Positions 1-13,500 of a stretch of DNA of 64,000 bases are shown piece by piece (the stretch's first letter is position 1; the number at the start of each line of letters is the position of its first letter). The notes below the pieces were generated by a model. That model was not told the origin of the DNA and made no database searches. It saw only the letters and a list, made by a program, of their open reading frames with translations. Location of the stretch: NCBI GenBank assembly GCA_964016885.1, contig OZ024741.1, positions 121,272,001 through 121,336,000 of the forward strand, written 5' to 3'. A program made the position numbers and the translations under genes. Source of the stretch: Eledone cirrhosa. Its lineage: Eukaryota.

Positions 1-508
1 CGCTCCAGCAATTTTTGTCTACTAGATTCAACTCATAAGGCATTGGTCAACTCAAGGCTATACTTGAAGACACTTGCTCAAGGTGCCTCCCAAAATCACA
101 TGGTTACGAAGCGAACATCTTGGTTACTCAACCATTCTCGCGCCTTATATGTTTTTTTTATACACTTCAATTATAATTCTATCAATAGTTATCGATAAAA
201 TTTATAAAAATCTATCACATTTTGAAAACATTTGAAGACGTCCGAAATACACTAAGAAAAGACGAAGATAAAAAACAACAACCAAACTAGAATAAAATTA
301 AAAGCAAATAGCTAGCGCTAAGCAGGGCTGTTAGCTTTGCACCAAGATCAGAAATTGTTATATATACTATATAATATCATAAATATATGGGCACTGTTTT
401 CCTTTATCTGTTCTACGGAATCATTTAAAAACAACACACACACACAATTTCTGGCAGTCGGACGAAAGTGAGGCCTTTCAAGGAAATATTCTTGACACAA
501 CACACACA

Positions 509-511
<3 letters not shown>

Positions 512-579
<68 letters not shown>
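512..579. repeat. (CT)n microsatellite, representative of dozens of (TA)n, (CA)n, (GA)n, (CTA)n, (TATG)n and (TATC)n tracts that generate most spurious ORFs in the track
   Basis: Directly visible dinucleotide run. Confidence 0.99.
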
Positions 580-583
<4 letters not shown>

Positions 584-1094
584 ACTCACTCACTCACACA
601 CACACACAAACATCTATATATCTATATATACACATACACACACTGATCGTAATGCAATTGCATTTATATATGTAAAAGCCGTTTGGAACACTCTAAAATG
701 ATAGTAAAATTATTAACAATTCCAATTTCAATAAATTTTAACAGAAATATCATATTTATTGTCAATTTTGAAAACCATCTTTGTTGAACATCCACAGCTC
801 TCGCTCTCTTTCTCCTCTACCTCTCTTTCCCTCGCCTTCTTGCACTCTCTTCTCTCTTCGTCTCCCCTACTTTCACTGTGATTAATTTTTTTCTAGTGTC
901 CCCATCGTTAAACATATATTTACTTTCTTGTCACATCCGCTCTCCAGTCGAACGGAAGTGAAAAGGATTTTCGCTCTCATTACAATATTGTTATAGTTAT
1001 TTTAAAGAAATGAAGGAAATATTGTTGACGTGTGCATATAAATATATATACAAACACAATCACACACAAACAAACACACATACATATATATATA

Positions 1095-1286
1095 TAGGAA
1101 AATGTATGACCCCCGACGGCAGAGCTCAAGCCGTTTCGACGGCTATTTCTGAAATAGCCGTCGAAACGGCTTGAGCTCTGCTGCCGTCGGGGTCATACAT
1201 TTTCCTATTACCCACTCTACTACCCTAAGTATTGAGTACTCTGGTGCGTTAGGGTCCATCTGGCTCCTTACCACACCTCCTTCGTT
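1095..1286 (+). mobile_element. Fold-back 3' terminal fragment of a Penelope-like element carrying the GAAA-stem III-GUC half of a hammerhead
   Basis: Near-perfect palindrome about 1095-1208 followed by the same terminal sequence as the PLE copies at 26522 and 43918; flanked by (TA)n. Confidence 0.75.
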
Positions 1287-1544
1287 ATATATATATATAT
1301 ATATATGTGTTTCGACAACGAGTGTTCCAGTTGTTTGACCAATGGATCAACCTGTTCATGAAACTAATGTGTTAATGGTTGAGCATTCCATAGACACGTG
1401 TGTTTCCGTAACGTAGTTTTCATGGAAATTCTGTGTGACGCGGGGTGCAGAAAAGCCGGCTTTTGGAACTACAAATACAACCCGACTTTTGCCAGTTCAG
1501 TTGATTGGAACAACGTGAAATACATTAGTACAATTTTATAACAA

Positions 1545-1800
1545 ATCAAACATAGATCTCATGGCCTGTGAATTTAACACAAGATTCTACCAGTATCAAC
1601 ACAACCTTAGAAACCCCAGTTCGGAAAAATGCAATAACACTATTGAGCTACACATGGGACCAATGGGGGAAAAACACCTTTAAAAACTCCGAAATAGCCA
1701 ACTAAATTACCTAACCGATCAAATGCTTACACAACACACCTTCAACACTCATCTGATTGATCCAAATACTAATCAAATTCAGAATCACTCCATTACACAC
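1545..1800 (+). pseudogene. Degraded PLE GIY-YIG endonuclease C-terminal remnant
   Basis: Reads approximately LMACEFNTRFYQYQHNLRNP..NAITLLSYTWD, similar to GLTACDFKTRLYQHRHTF.NPARRHATTLSGHIWD at 45.5 kb. Confidence 0.55.
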
Positions 1801-3719
1801 CATCTACACAACACCCAGACCCAATAAAATTCACAAAATTCTTACAGCAACAGAATTTTTTGTTTCATTTCGTCCTTAAACCACAGTAGATCCAAATTCA
1901 GAAAACTGGATGGCCGAGGAGTGGAAACATAACATACTACCAAAATCATATACATTACTAATAACCTACCATGTATACATGGGATTGTCTTGGCTGGAAC
2001 ACCTTTGATAATACTTAGAGACAATTTGGTGCTATATAACAACTACGACAACAATACTAACGACAACAACAGCAACAAAAACATCACCACTACTAGCAAC
2101 AACTAGTTTACTAATCATATTCATTTGTCAATTTCACCTAATAATTCTTTTCTCGTACACAAACCACTAACATTTTTGTTGCCCAAATAAAAATTTATTT
2201 TGTTGTTATTAGTATAGTCTAATCTAAAGGTGGTGGGTAGACAGAATCGTTAGAGCGTTGTATAAAATGCTTTGTGGCATTGAGTTTAAATCAACTTCAT
2301 GGTTCGTCCTTATAGTGTCGTAGGAGGCCAGCTAAACCTGTATAGGTGTGGACTGTAGATTTTGTGAGGTGTGGGGGCCTAGTGATTAGTATTTTGAACT
2401 CACGATCATAGAGTCATTATTTTTGGAAGCCCACATAGTTGATTAAATTTTATGTCATGCCCCAAAAAAGGAAGTCTTCGTCACGAATGAGTTGTCTACG
2501 ATAAAATATTACAAACTATTAAATTCGATTACAACGTATGCCATCCACCAGGTTTTGTCGCAGCTGCATTAATATGTATGAAAAGATATAAATATAAAAC
2601 AACTATTATTCCACATGACACCACCATAAATGAAACATAAGCGTCAGCTCGCCTCGTGGTCCCGGCGGACTTGACGGAGAAAACATTGCCCCGGGGATGG
2701 TGAGGGAGACGTACTGGAATAGCCACCCCATCTCGTGGGGCTTGCCAACTCTGCTCTACATACTAAACCCGGGATTATTAAAACAGGCCTGCCATGAATG
2801 AGCAAAGGTGATGTCTTCTAAGATGTGACATAATAATATCTAAACCATAATAAAGGAAGGTCTGCGGGACTGCGTACGGTTTTTTTTTTTATCCCGTTAG
2901 TAAAATAAGTTGGATTACTTTGAATAAATAATGAATGAATATTACATAATTTATCTACTAAATTTCGTAAAAATAAATAATTTAAAATTGACTTCTTTTC
3001 AAAGTTGCACTTCCGGTATATCGTTGCCACCACCACCACTTCAACTACCATATATATAGAAAGAGAGAGTGTGTGATCTCAACACTTCCGGTGGCGATCA
3101 CTTAAATAAACATACTAATTTTCTGTCACTAATTCTCTTATGCAGTTTATATATAATATCGTCTTTTTTTAATGTATCATGGATTACGTTACTGATTACA
3201 TAAGACAGTGTAACAACGTCTTCGTTCAATTTCTGTTTATATTGTCAATTACAATTTTATTTGATGTATCATATCTACATGTATCATATTTGATGTATCA
3301 TATCTACACTTGCATATAATAGCAATATACTCACTACACATGCTAGCAGAAAACCACCCGAAAGGTGGTTTTTCTGCTAGTAGAAATAAAGATTGTAGCT
3401 TCTGAATCTTTATGAAAGAAGTAAAAATATAACACAATCATCCCAACTTTTTTCTCTTTGCATTTAAGCAACATGTCAATTTTCTCTTAAGAGATGTACA
3501 GTCCCCAATATAGTGTATGCACGGACCCGTAACACCGTATGGAGTTATAAGGGCATCGTAGTAACGACATACAGCGTATCTTTGGAAGTTTAAACCTGGC
3601 GGAGCCCATCCATCTCCAGGTCTTAATACAGCCGATTTCTTCCAGGGAAGAAGAGACAGATAATGAAAGACAGAGGAAGCAAGGAAGAGATATAGAGACA
3701 GAATCGATCCCACTATTGG

Positions 3720-3860
3720 ACTAATACTATTTTTATCGACTTCGAAAGGATGAAAGGCTAAGTTGACCTGGGTAGAATTTGAACTCAGAGCACAGAGAGC
3801 CGGAACAAATACCACAAAACATTTTATCTGGCGTTCTAACAACTCTGCCAGTTCATCGAC
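3720..3860 (-). mobile_element. tRNA-derived SINE, octopus OK-like family (related copies at about 5225-5400, 22375-22545, 34230-34410, 40560-40750, 47425-47570)
   Basis: Recurrent core TTTATCGACCCCGTAAGGATGAAAGGCAAAGTTAACCTCGGCGGGATTTGAACTC; the minus strand carries a B-box GAGTTCAAATCC. Confidence 0.8.
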
Positions 3861-3960
3861 TCAACAGTGTATTACAAGTACTTATTTGACCGAGTCTAAT
3901 CCAATGACAAGCAGAGTGTTGTTGTTTGACCTCAGGTCAGTTCTAATTGAATAGATCCAT

Positions 3961-4225
3961 GTGGAAGCGCGTGGCATAGTGGTAAGGGTGTTGGACTTGC
4001 GATCATAATGTCGTGGGCTGGTTTGTGTGTTGCGTTCTAGAGCAAAACACTTCACTTCAGCTGAAAATGAGTACCAACAATAGCTGGAGATTTAACCCTG
4101 TGATTGCCTGGCGTCCTGTCCAGGGGGAAGCCGTGTACTCTTAGTCGCTTCACACCACGAAACCGGGATCACCGTCGGCCTGACGAGCCTCCTGGCTTGA
4201 AACATACTTTAGACTAGACTTAGAC
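3961..4225 (+). mobile_element. tRNA-derived CORE-type SINE (related copies at about 4360, 37421, 49704, 61970)
   Basis: A-box-like GTGGCATAGTGGT head; B-box GTTCGATTCC or GTTCAATTC in sister copies; CORE-like CCTTGAGCAAGACACTT segment. Confidence 0.7.
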
Positions 4226-4628
4226 AGAGGTGACTTTCTTTTTCTTGTCGCCACAACGCAGATAACTATAAATAATAGTTGAATAAATCGGGTAAAGTAC
4301 CATTAGTGATGGAAGAAAGAGGACAGAGACACTTGTGTCCATTCGAGGTTTACTGCTTCAGTGGTTAGGGTGTTCAGCTTACAGCCGTAAGGTCACGCGT
4401 TCGATTCCTTGTGTTTTGAGCAAGACCCTTTATTTTATGTTGCTACAAAACATTTAGCTGGAAAAAATGGGTTGTCTGTAATTAAAAAGATCAACTTTGT
4501 GCAATTGTGTCACGCTGAATCTCTGCGAGTATTACGCCAAGTGGGGAAAGGGTCTGTCGAATGCTCAGACACTTACAACACAGACTGTAACTCAAAAAGT
4601 CAGTCATATCACACATAGTATCACGCTG

Positions 4629-5149
4629 GGCGATACTTGGTTTTAGTGTCCTAAATTATCATCATCGACATTCAATTATTAGCTCCACCCACTGCACGAT
4701 ACGTCACGACACGCCATCAGCTTTGGCCTATCTCATCCCTTATCGCCTTTCTGTTTGAAGCATTTTTCTTTCCATCATTGGATCAGTGTATTGAGTGTGT
4801 ATGTATACATGCACGCATGTTAATGTACAAACGTCCGAGTTCATGTTAGGAAATAAATGAGTTTAATTTAGGCAGCAGTCAACTTTTGATGTCTACTGTT
4901 TTGTTTGGCTTTTGAGTCTCTTTATGTCGTAATGACTGGTTGTGGACAATTGAAACACCTGTTGTTTACATCCCAGAAAACTACCTGTCGTTTTGTTCTC
5001 TGCAGTTTATTAACTGATTTCAAACAGAAAGGCGATAAGGGATGAGATGGGCAAAAGCTGATGACGTGTCGTGACGTATCATGCAGTGGGTGGAGCTAAT
5101 AATTGAATGTCGATGATGATAATTTAGGACACTAAAACCAAGTATCGCC
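4629..5149. mobile_element. Non-autonomous DNA transposon (MITE), Merlin-like
   Basis: About 130-bp TIRs starting GGCGATAC and ending GTATCGCC; exact 8-bp TSD TCACGCTG at 4621-4628 and 5150-5157; inserted in a SINE-like repeat. GG termini with an 8-bp TSD fit Merlin. Confidence 0.8.
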
Positions 5150-5734
5150 TCACGCTGAATCTCCCCGAGAACTACGTTAAGGATGTACATGTTGGAATGC
5201 TCAACCACTTACAATATAATTATTTCTGCTATAGGCACAAGGTCAGTACGTTACTGGTCCTTTATTTTATCGACCCCGTAAGGATGAAAGGCAAAGTTAA
5301 CCTCAGCGGGATTTGAACTCACATCGTAAAGGGCCGTAACTCTATGCTGCAAAGCATGGTGTCCGACTTTCTACCGATAATGCCAATCCACCGCCCTTAC
5401 CACTTACAATATAATCCAAGACAGACTGTATTTGTAATTCAAAGGGCCTGACATGTCACACACTATGTCACGTTAAATCTCTCCGATATTCACGTTAAGG
5501 GTACACATGTCTGTGGAATGCGGCAGCCATTTGCACGTTAATTTCATGGGCTGGCTGTGACGTAGATCAATCAATCTCATAAAGGGTCAGTTTCCGAATA
5601 ATGGTCGGGATACACTGACGTTACCCCCCCCCCCCCCCCCCCCCCCTCCCCCGATGAGAATTATGGACATACAGCATTATATATATATATAAAGTGATAT
5701 ATGTGTGTATGTGTGAGTGTGTATGTGTACACAC

Positions 5735-5787
<53 letters not shown>

Positions 5788-5827
5788 TATACACACACAC
5801 ACACACATATATATATATAAAGTGATA

Positions 5828-5863
<36 letters not shown>

Positions 5864-5921
5864 AAGTTAGACATCGCCTGGGCCAATACTGGCCGAAACC
5901 TATCAAAGTTATATATATAAA

Positions 5922-5958
<37 letters not shown>

Positions 5959-6354
5959 AAGTAATATGTGTGTATGTATATATATAAAATAAAGTGATAT
6001 GTGTATATATATATATATATATATAAAATAAAGTAATATGTGTGTGTGTGTATATATAAAATAAAATGATATATGTGTGTGTATATATATACACACATAT
6101 ATCACACATATTTTTTATATATATACATTTATACACATATAAAACAAAAGTGACCAAGAAACAACGAGTAGAAGAGAACCAATACTACAATCAATGGATC
6201 ATTAGATTAACGATTGTGTAATAAAAGTTGGAAAAGTGTTTGAAAGTTTTGGACTATTAATATATTATGTATGTACACAGGTACACCGAGAATGGGATAG
6301 GAAGAAAGAAAGAGAGAAGGAAAGAGATAGTTTATAAATGATATTTCAACTTAC

Positions 6355-6586
6355 ATCTAATTCCTGGGCCCGGGAAACACTCTCGGAAAAGGCCTTTGTA
6401 CCTGTTGTGGATTACTTTTTTGTACTTCAACTCAGTTTCCCTGAGTATAGTCGAGTTTTCCAGATAATTTTTGTTCACCTTAAATTCCAGCCATTTGTCT
6501 GTTGCGAAGGAGAGGGCGAGCATGATGAGAACAACTGGTCCCATTATAGTGGCGAATGAGATAAGGATGGTGGCTGTTTTAGCCAT
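6355..6586 (-). CDS. First coding exon of a PMP22/EMP/claudin-superfamily tetraspan membrane protein
   Basis: MAKTATILISFATIMGPVVLIMLALSFATDKW...KGLFRECF has an N-terminal TM helix, the conserved W and a GLW(F)xxC motif. The ORF runs into a consensus donor (AGAT/GTAAGT) at 6354-6349. Downstream exons were not found in this window. Confidence 0.8.
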
Positions 6587-7373
6587 GTCTTTCGTTATTT
6601 GTTGTTGTTGTAGAAAACCAATAGAAAATAGTGTTGTTTTTATATATAAAAAAGTGTATGTCTATTTGAAATGTCGACCAACGATACTAAAATCACACAT
6701 ACCACTGACCCGACAGACACATATAACTTACACACATATAACTTACACACATATAACTTACACACACTAGTAAAAAAAAAAGAGACGATAAATTTGAGTG
6801 CGAAAAATGAAATGGAAAAGGCGAGTATTTCTGCGTTGTTGTAGGACACTTTTTGTTTTTGTTCTTTTTGTCAGTCAGTTGACTCAAATCCTACCTGACT
6901 ATTATTGCAGGTGTGTCAAATATGTATGTCACTTGTCTGTCATATCCCCTTTATAACTATCACCACCACCACCTTAACTACAAACATATATTGTCGTCAC
7001 AAAAACAGCTTTAGCTATTGGCCCACAGGCCTGTTGAATACAACACTCGCGCACACTCACCAATACACACACATACACTCACACACACAAACACAACCGT
7101 GTGTACATGCACACCACACACAAACACAACTGTATGCACATACACACCACACACATACGCTCTTATATTCATATACGTATATATATATAAAATACTCTTG
7201 TTTTAAACTCATTTCCATCTCCTTTTGTTGGTTATTATAATTATCTGGGTCGGAACTCAATGTATATTATATATCATATATTCTATTCAATTCTCTCTCC
7301 CTCTCTCTCTATATATACTGTATACATCTAAAGAGACCACATCTCCATGGCATGGAGTGTATGGCACATCACG

Positions 7374-7435
<62 letters not shown>

Positions 7436-7605
7436 CACACACAGATAGACACACGCACACAGTCAAACAGATTGACAGGTAGATACACTCATGACACTTA
7501 ATACTACCGGGTACACACAACTTCAACTCACACACACACACACACACAACACGAACGCACGCACTCACACAAAACGGACGAATACACATGCATTTTAACT
7601 AGGCG

Positions 7606-7615
7606 CGCTTTATAA
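7606..7615 (-). promoter_or_regulatory. Candidate TATA box about 1 kb upstream of the claudin-like exon
   Basis: Minus strand reads GGTTATAAAGCGCGC in a locally GC-rich context, in the correct orientation. Motif match only. Confidence 0.25.
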
Positions 7616-7645
7616 CCTCTGCCGCTGCTGCTGCTGCTGCTGCCG

Positions 7646-7726
<81 letters not shown>

Positions 7727-7820
7727 GCACCACCACCAAGAAAAATAAAACACACACACAAACTCACACACACAGATATATATAGAGAAAAAGTTCAGCC
7801 GTCAGGGTTCCGACTCTTTA

Positions 7821-7866
<46 letters not shown>

Positions 7867-7897
7867 CAAATGGAAACTATATTTATAAAACCATATT

Positions 7898-7962
7898 TAT
7901 TTCATTATACATATTTCAAGGACACCAAGTTAAATTATGGTGTGCTTTCATCAGATAAAATA
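7898..7962 (-). ncRNA. Type I hammerhead ribozyme motif within fold-back element 7864-8215
   Basis: UUUUAU-CUGAUGA-AAGcACACCA..UGGUGUcCUU-GAAA-UAUGUA-UA-AUGAAA; stem II covaries with the copy at 16622. Confidence 0.8.
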
Positions 7963-8247
7963 TAATATAGATCAGTTTTATAAATGAATATTGACATGCC
8001 CTTAAAGAATGCAACCATTACTGTTGGAAGCTCCCGTATAGTGGAGTTGTAGCTTTAATTATATTATTATATAATGAAATAAATATGGTTTTATAAATAT
8101 AGTTTCCATTTGTTAATATCGTATTTTTACTCCAAATATTTGTTGAGTGCTTTATATCATTTATATCAGTTATAAAAATATTTGCTTGTTGTATCCCAAC
8201 AATTTAAATAGAACTTTTACATATATACATATATATATATATATATA

Positions 8248-8512
8248 TAGGAAAAAGTATGACCCCGACGGCAGAGCTCAAGCCGTTTCGACGGGTATTT
8301 CTGGACTAAATTAGAATTTTTAGCCTGGTGAATAAAAATCATTTTTATTCACCAGGCTAACAATTCTAATTTAGTCCAGAAATAGCCGTCGAAACGGCTT
8401 CAGCTCTGCCGTCGGGGTCATACTTTTTTCTATTTCCCACTCTACTACCCTAAGTATTGAGTACTCTGGTGCGTTATGGTTTATTTGGTTCCTTACCACA
8501 ATTCCTTTGTTA
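8248..8512 (+). mobile_element. Fold-back PLE 3' terminal fragment, same family as 1095, 26522 and 43918
   Basis: Palindrome about 8248-8432 plus the shared terminal sequence. Confidence 0.75.
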
Positions 8513-8519
8513 TATTTAT

Positions 8520-9495
8520 AGAACTCTGGATTAACACTATAGACGAGAGAGCCCAAATTCTCCACTCACACTATGCTAAACCCATGGCCTCCAAATACCT
8601 GATACTCAAAAACTCAGCAATGTCCAGTAGTGCTAAGTTTAATATTCTGATCGCAGATTTGGTACGAGTGATGAAGAATGTGTCCCGCATGTGCGACCCA
8701 ACAGAAATGGAAAGACACATCCAACACTTCATCAACCGCATGCAGTTCTCTGGCTACAACCAAAGAGGCAGAGTTAGAGTATACGAAGGAGCCATGGAGA
8801 AGTATAAGACCCTCATAGAACTGGACATGAAAGGAATTTGCCCATTATACAGGAGCAAATCATGGAATAGCTTAGATAGGGCTAGACATAAGATAGGGAA
8901 AGCCACCTCATGGTACGACAACCAGAGATACCAGAGTGTCATGTTTGTGGACGCTACCCCCGAAGGGAAATTAGCTAACCAGTGTAGAAAGGCCCTGAGA
9001 AAGACCCACTTAAAAATTAAGGTGGTAGAAAAGCCAGGAACCACCATAAAATCCCTGATCAGCAAAACCTACCCTTTTAAGAAAACCCACTGTACCAATA
9101 GGAAGTGTATCATATGTAAGGTAAACCTCCGGATAAACTGTAAAACTAGAAACGTAGTTTATAGCATAAGATATACAGAGGGTACTTGCAGAAACATGAC
9201 AACAACATACATAGGTGAGACAGCTCGTAGCATAGGTGAAAGGATAGATCAACACTGGGGGGAACTAAAAGGACGAAAAAACGGGTCAGTACTATACGAA
9301 CATGCTAGACAACAACATGACGGTAACATAGACAACATAGAAATTAGAATAATATATAAACATAGAAATGACCCAGCAGATAGGCAAATCAGAGAGGCCA
9401 GTGAAATAGAAATTAGAAGGCCAAGACTAAACAGAAAGAATGAATGGAATAACAACAACACCCAAACAAACAACACTGACCTAAGAGAAGTATAA
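8520..9495 (+). CDS. 5'-truncated Penelope-like element ORF: RT C-terminal region, Cys linker and GIY-YIG endonuclease
   Basis: HYAKPMASKYLILKNSAMS..K..IL, RMQFSGY, CTNRKCIIC..CKTRNVVY, YIGETARSIGERIDQH, RQIREA..I..RP.LN. The first about 15 codons of the track ORF derive from the adjacent repeat. Confidence 0.9.
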
Positions 9496-9738
9496 ATAAG
9501 TAAATAAAATAAAATAAATAAATAAATAAATACATACATACACAAACACAATAACAACAAGCACATAAACACACACTAGTCACCCATCACACAGCAAACA
9601 AAACACTATACACACACGCAAACGCATGCGCAAAGAAGACAAAATAAAATAAACAAACAAGCAAATAAATAAATAAATATATAGACAGACTGAATAAAAA
9701 TGGCGTAGACATATAATACAACAGGAGGAAACGATAAC

Positions 9739-9780
9739 ACCACTGACGATGTCGCAGATGTGCAACGAAAGATTTATGAT
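9739..9780 (+). ncRNA. Minimal type I hammerhead motif in the 3' repeat of the PLE at 8520
   Basis: ACCA-CUGACGA-U-GUCGCA-GAUG-UGCAAC-GAAA-GAUU-UA-UGAU, with mismatches in stems I and II; position downstream of the GIY-YIG ORF is as expected for PLEs. Confidence 0.65.
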
Positions 9781-9980
9781 AAACTATATATATGTGTTTG
9801 TGTCTATATTGTATCTGTATTATTTTTGACCGTCGGTCAGTCAATGGCAACATTGAGGACCGAGTAAGTTAGATTACCGATATAAAAGACACAGAAGCGG
9901 GAAGCGAAAACCAACCAAACAGTCAGTGTGTTCTGTTATTAATTCTGGCAATATTACACAAATATGACCCTCCCCAAGTA

Positions 9981-10011
<31 letters not shown>

Positions 10012-10510
10012 GGTAACCCCCGATTTAACTCGGGATCTACACACATACACAGACACGCATACACGCATCTTCCCTTGTTGGAAATAACACGTGACAGTGA
10101 AATACTGAGGGCTGCCAACGATAGCAGTTCAGCGTTACATTCCACAGCGGCTTGAGGCATAGAACGAAATTTCCTGTTGATGACGGAGAATCCTCTGTTC
10201 GATCATGGAATACCACAGGCTTACACATTACGTAAGCTGGATGGATGATTTTGAATTCATAGAAACCTATCGGACGTATTGCAAAATATCGTTAAATATG
10301 TCCAGGTCAGTTGTCTAACCCTATTAGTTCTTTCGTTGTTTTTGGTATTGTGTGGCTGGGTCTGCTTGCCACAATTTTCAATTTGTCAAGCTGTCTAAAC
10401 GTATGTTATTACTCTAAGGGCCTACCTTATTGAGTGCTTTGCTGCTCATTCCTAATTGTAGGTCGTTAGCTTGACCACAGCCAAAGCTTCGATTTTACTA
10501 AGCTTCCGCT

Positions 10511-10558
<48 letters not shown>

Positions 10559-10561
<3 letters not shown>

Positions 10562-13500
10562 ACAGAGGCACCCAGCGTTGCCCGGTAATGAAATTGTTCC
10601 TTGTATATTAAAAGAAAAAAGAAAAATATGTTGTATAGAAATTCATTATTCTTAATTCAATTTATTCTTCAATTGGGATACATGATGAAATTAATTCTGA
10701 ATTCATAATACAAAAAAAAAAAAAAAAAAAAGAAGCAATGCTGTTACAAATGTTTGACCTGTACCGCCAGGAACATCAAGAAAGAAAATTCCTCCACTTT
10801 TTTCTCTGACTAACGAAATAATTTTATCATATGCACAGCGTTGTTCTGGAAGAAATTTAGGTTCATGTTCATTCACAAATGCAGCCAACTCTGTGATGTC
10901 ATAATTTCTCTCTCTTGATATGTCTCTCGTAGTTAAATCACTAATTTGACGGTTTGTTTTTGGCAGTCCAGAGCCAAAATTTTGCCTCCCATAGCCCAAA
11001 CTTGATCCTCAATTTCAATCAGTGCCTGGTTAAAATTTTTTTCAGAGAACTGAATATTGATATCTGGGTTTGCCTGTTGAACTGCATACTTTAAGTTCTC
11101 AGCCTCACAATGTTTCATCCAAAGCTGTAGGGGACTGCCAAGTTGACACATGTTCAGCATAATTGCAAAAAGGTTACGGAGTTTCCCAATGGTCATCATT
11201 TTCTAAAAACCTTGTTGATAGCATGCTTCCCTATAAGTTTCATACACATGACCATTTACCCTCCTCAAATCTTGGAATGGTTTTGGACGACGTACTTCAT
11301 ACAAAAGGAGCCGTAAGTAGTAGCATTCTGTTTGGCTTGGGTGGACATTGTAAACTCTTGCAAGAGCGTCAGCCCCACGTTTCCTCTTGTGCCATTTATT
11401 GTTTCTCCAGGTGTAATACTTGGGTAATTCTAGGTAAAGAAATTTTCTTGCATCTTCATCTTCTTGATACAACTTAAAAAAGGCAGTTTCTTTTGGAGAA
11501 AGTGCTTGTTGCAAGGCTGTTTGTTTTGTAAAGATAACTCTTTGGCCATTCTCTAGATGGACACTCAGATGAATGATGGCTGGGTGCCTCTCATGAATGG
11601 GAAATTGAAGATGTGCCCAAAAGCCTCATTGGTACTGATGTATCTTCCTCTCTCATACTGTGCAACTTCGTCATTTTTATTTATCTGCTGGCTGCCATTC
11701 TGCATAAGAGTGTATGTTGCAGCATCTAAACCTTTGTTTATATATTTGCAAACATACTTAATAGACTTAAGAGAGTTGCAGAATTCAACATTGATATGGG
11801 CTTTGAAAGTTTTTGTAAGAAGAAGACAGTGATTGTCAATGATGAATTCTTGCCCATTTCTCATTTTTTTTCGAAGTGAATCCACCATGCCAAGGTTTTC
11901 TTTTCTTGTAAAGGGGTTAACCACCTTCTCCAGTTTGGGTTTCTTGTACAAAGGGACGTGGGTAGTTCTTGGTACACTTATCCCTCATGCATGGGGAGGA
12001 TGGATTAATTGAACCATAGGGCCCATGAATCATCTGGAACCTGACAATTTCATGCAGCAAAGGATCTTACTGTGGATCAGGCAAATCAGCTGAGATAAAT
12101 AAATCAATATCATTTGGCAAAGTTTTTCATGTAACCAAATCAAAATGTGGGCATGTGGCAATCCTCGATTTTGCCATTCAATTGTCTACATGTCCCATTT
12201 GACTGGTCCAAAGACTTCACATTTTTTTAGGAGATCCATCAGCTTTATGACTTTAAGTCTGAACACTCTAGATTTAATATCATGGCGATCTTTGATGATG
12301 ATAAAGCTCACTTTTTATTTCATGCCATGTTGGATTACATGTGAATCTAATGAAGAAGTCTAGACGACCATAGTGTCTGACATATGTAAGTGCATCTTAG
12401 GTATGCTCATGCATATACCGTGGACTTTCTGTAAAGCTTGATGGAAGAATAACACAAAGCTGTCCAATGTTATCAGCAGCCAATGCTGCTTCATTACTGA
12501 TTGCATCTCTCAGGTGAATAAAATCTGATGCACGGAGATCTTTCTGATGTTTTCTAATGTAAAGAAGCGTTTCTCCTTCAATTTTTGTATTCATATCAAC
12601 TGCAAATTGTTGGAAGAGCTCACGTGAACGATGAAAAATATTGTAGTCTTGCTTTCTTAATATAAAGGTAAGCATAGAATTCCGTGCAGCTTACTGTTTT
12701 TGTCAGTGCAGGAGCTCTTGTTATAAGATCTGTTTTTTTAATACCAAAGTAATATCCATCTTGGCCAAATACACAGATTAATGGATACTGGAGTGCAGCA
12801 TATGATCGGTGGGTTGCATTTATCCGCTGCTTCTTATTTCCTCTTCCTTGAATAATAATATCTAACTTCCCATACCCGTCGTCTGTAATAATTGCTGCTA
12901 CTTCATTTGTGGCAGGGGCATTGTAGCAACAGGCTTTTTGTCTCCATCAATAACTATCTTGTATTCAATGGGTGGTGCAGATTATAATGCATACTTGAAG
13001 CTTCTGATGTAGCTATTGTTTGCATGCAACATATCTTGCTGATCAAAGATTAACTCTTCTTTCAAATTCGGAAGGTTAAATGAAATGACCGTTGCAAAGC
13101 CTGCTCCTTGTAATTTGCCACAAAATATAGCTGTAAAAACTGAGGATTTTTGCCTTCAGTTGGGAACAAAGATCTAATACGATGGTATACTTGACCTTGA
13201 ACTTTAAAAGTTGGCTTCATGTTCTCTTCTCTTATAATATTGCTAACCAAAGGAGGTAATTTGGAAAGCAGAATTATAATTACTCATGTTTTTCAAGAAG
13301 TGCATGCTCCTTGGTGTGTTTCCCCAAAGCAACACCTTCAAAGTATCTGGGGGTGTACCAAACAACTGTTGTGTAAAACAACTGTTCCTCCACCACAACA
13401 CTTAGTAATGGTTTCTCTTTCCCATTTCTTTCCTTTACAAAAATTGCACTCTTTTGATATTGCTCCAATATCAACCAATTTCTCTGTAGAATAATCATAT

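Noticed and set aside
348-701. Low-complexity ORFs ([16 protein letters not shown]) here and throughout
   Set aside because: They are translations of microsatellites with no coding signal.
2636-2760. Possible HDV-like ribozyme (GCCTCGTGGT...GG...CCAAC)
   Set aside because: An L3-like motif is present but I could not build convincing P1 and P2 helices.
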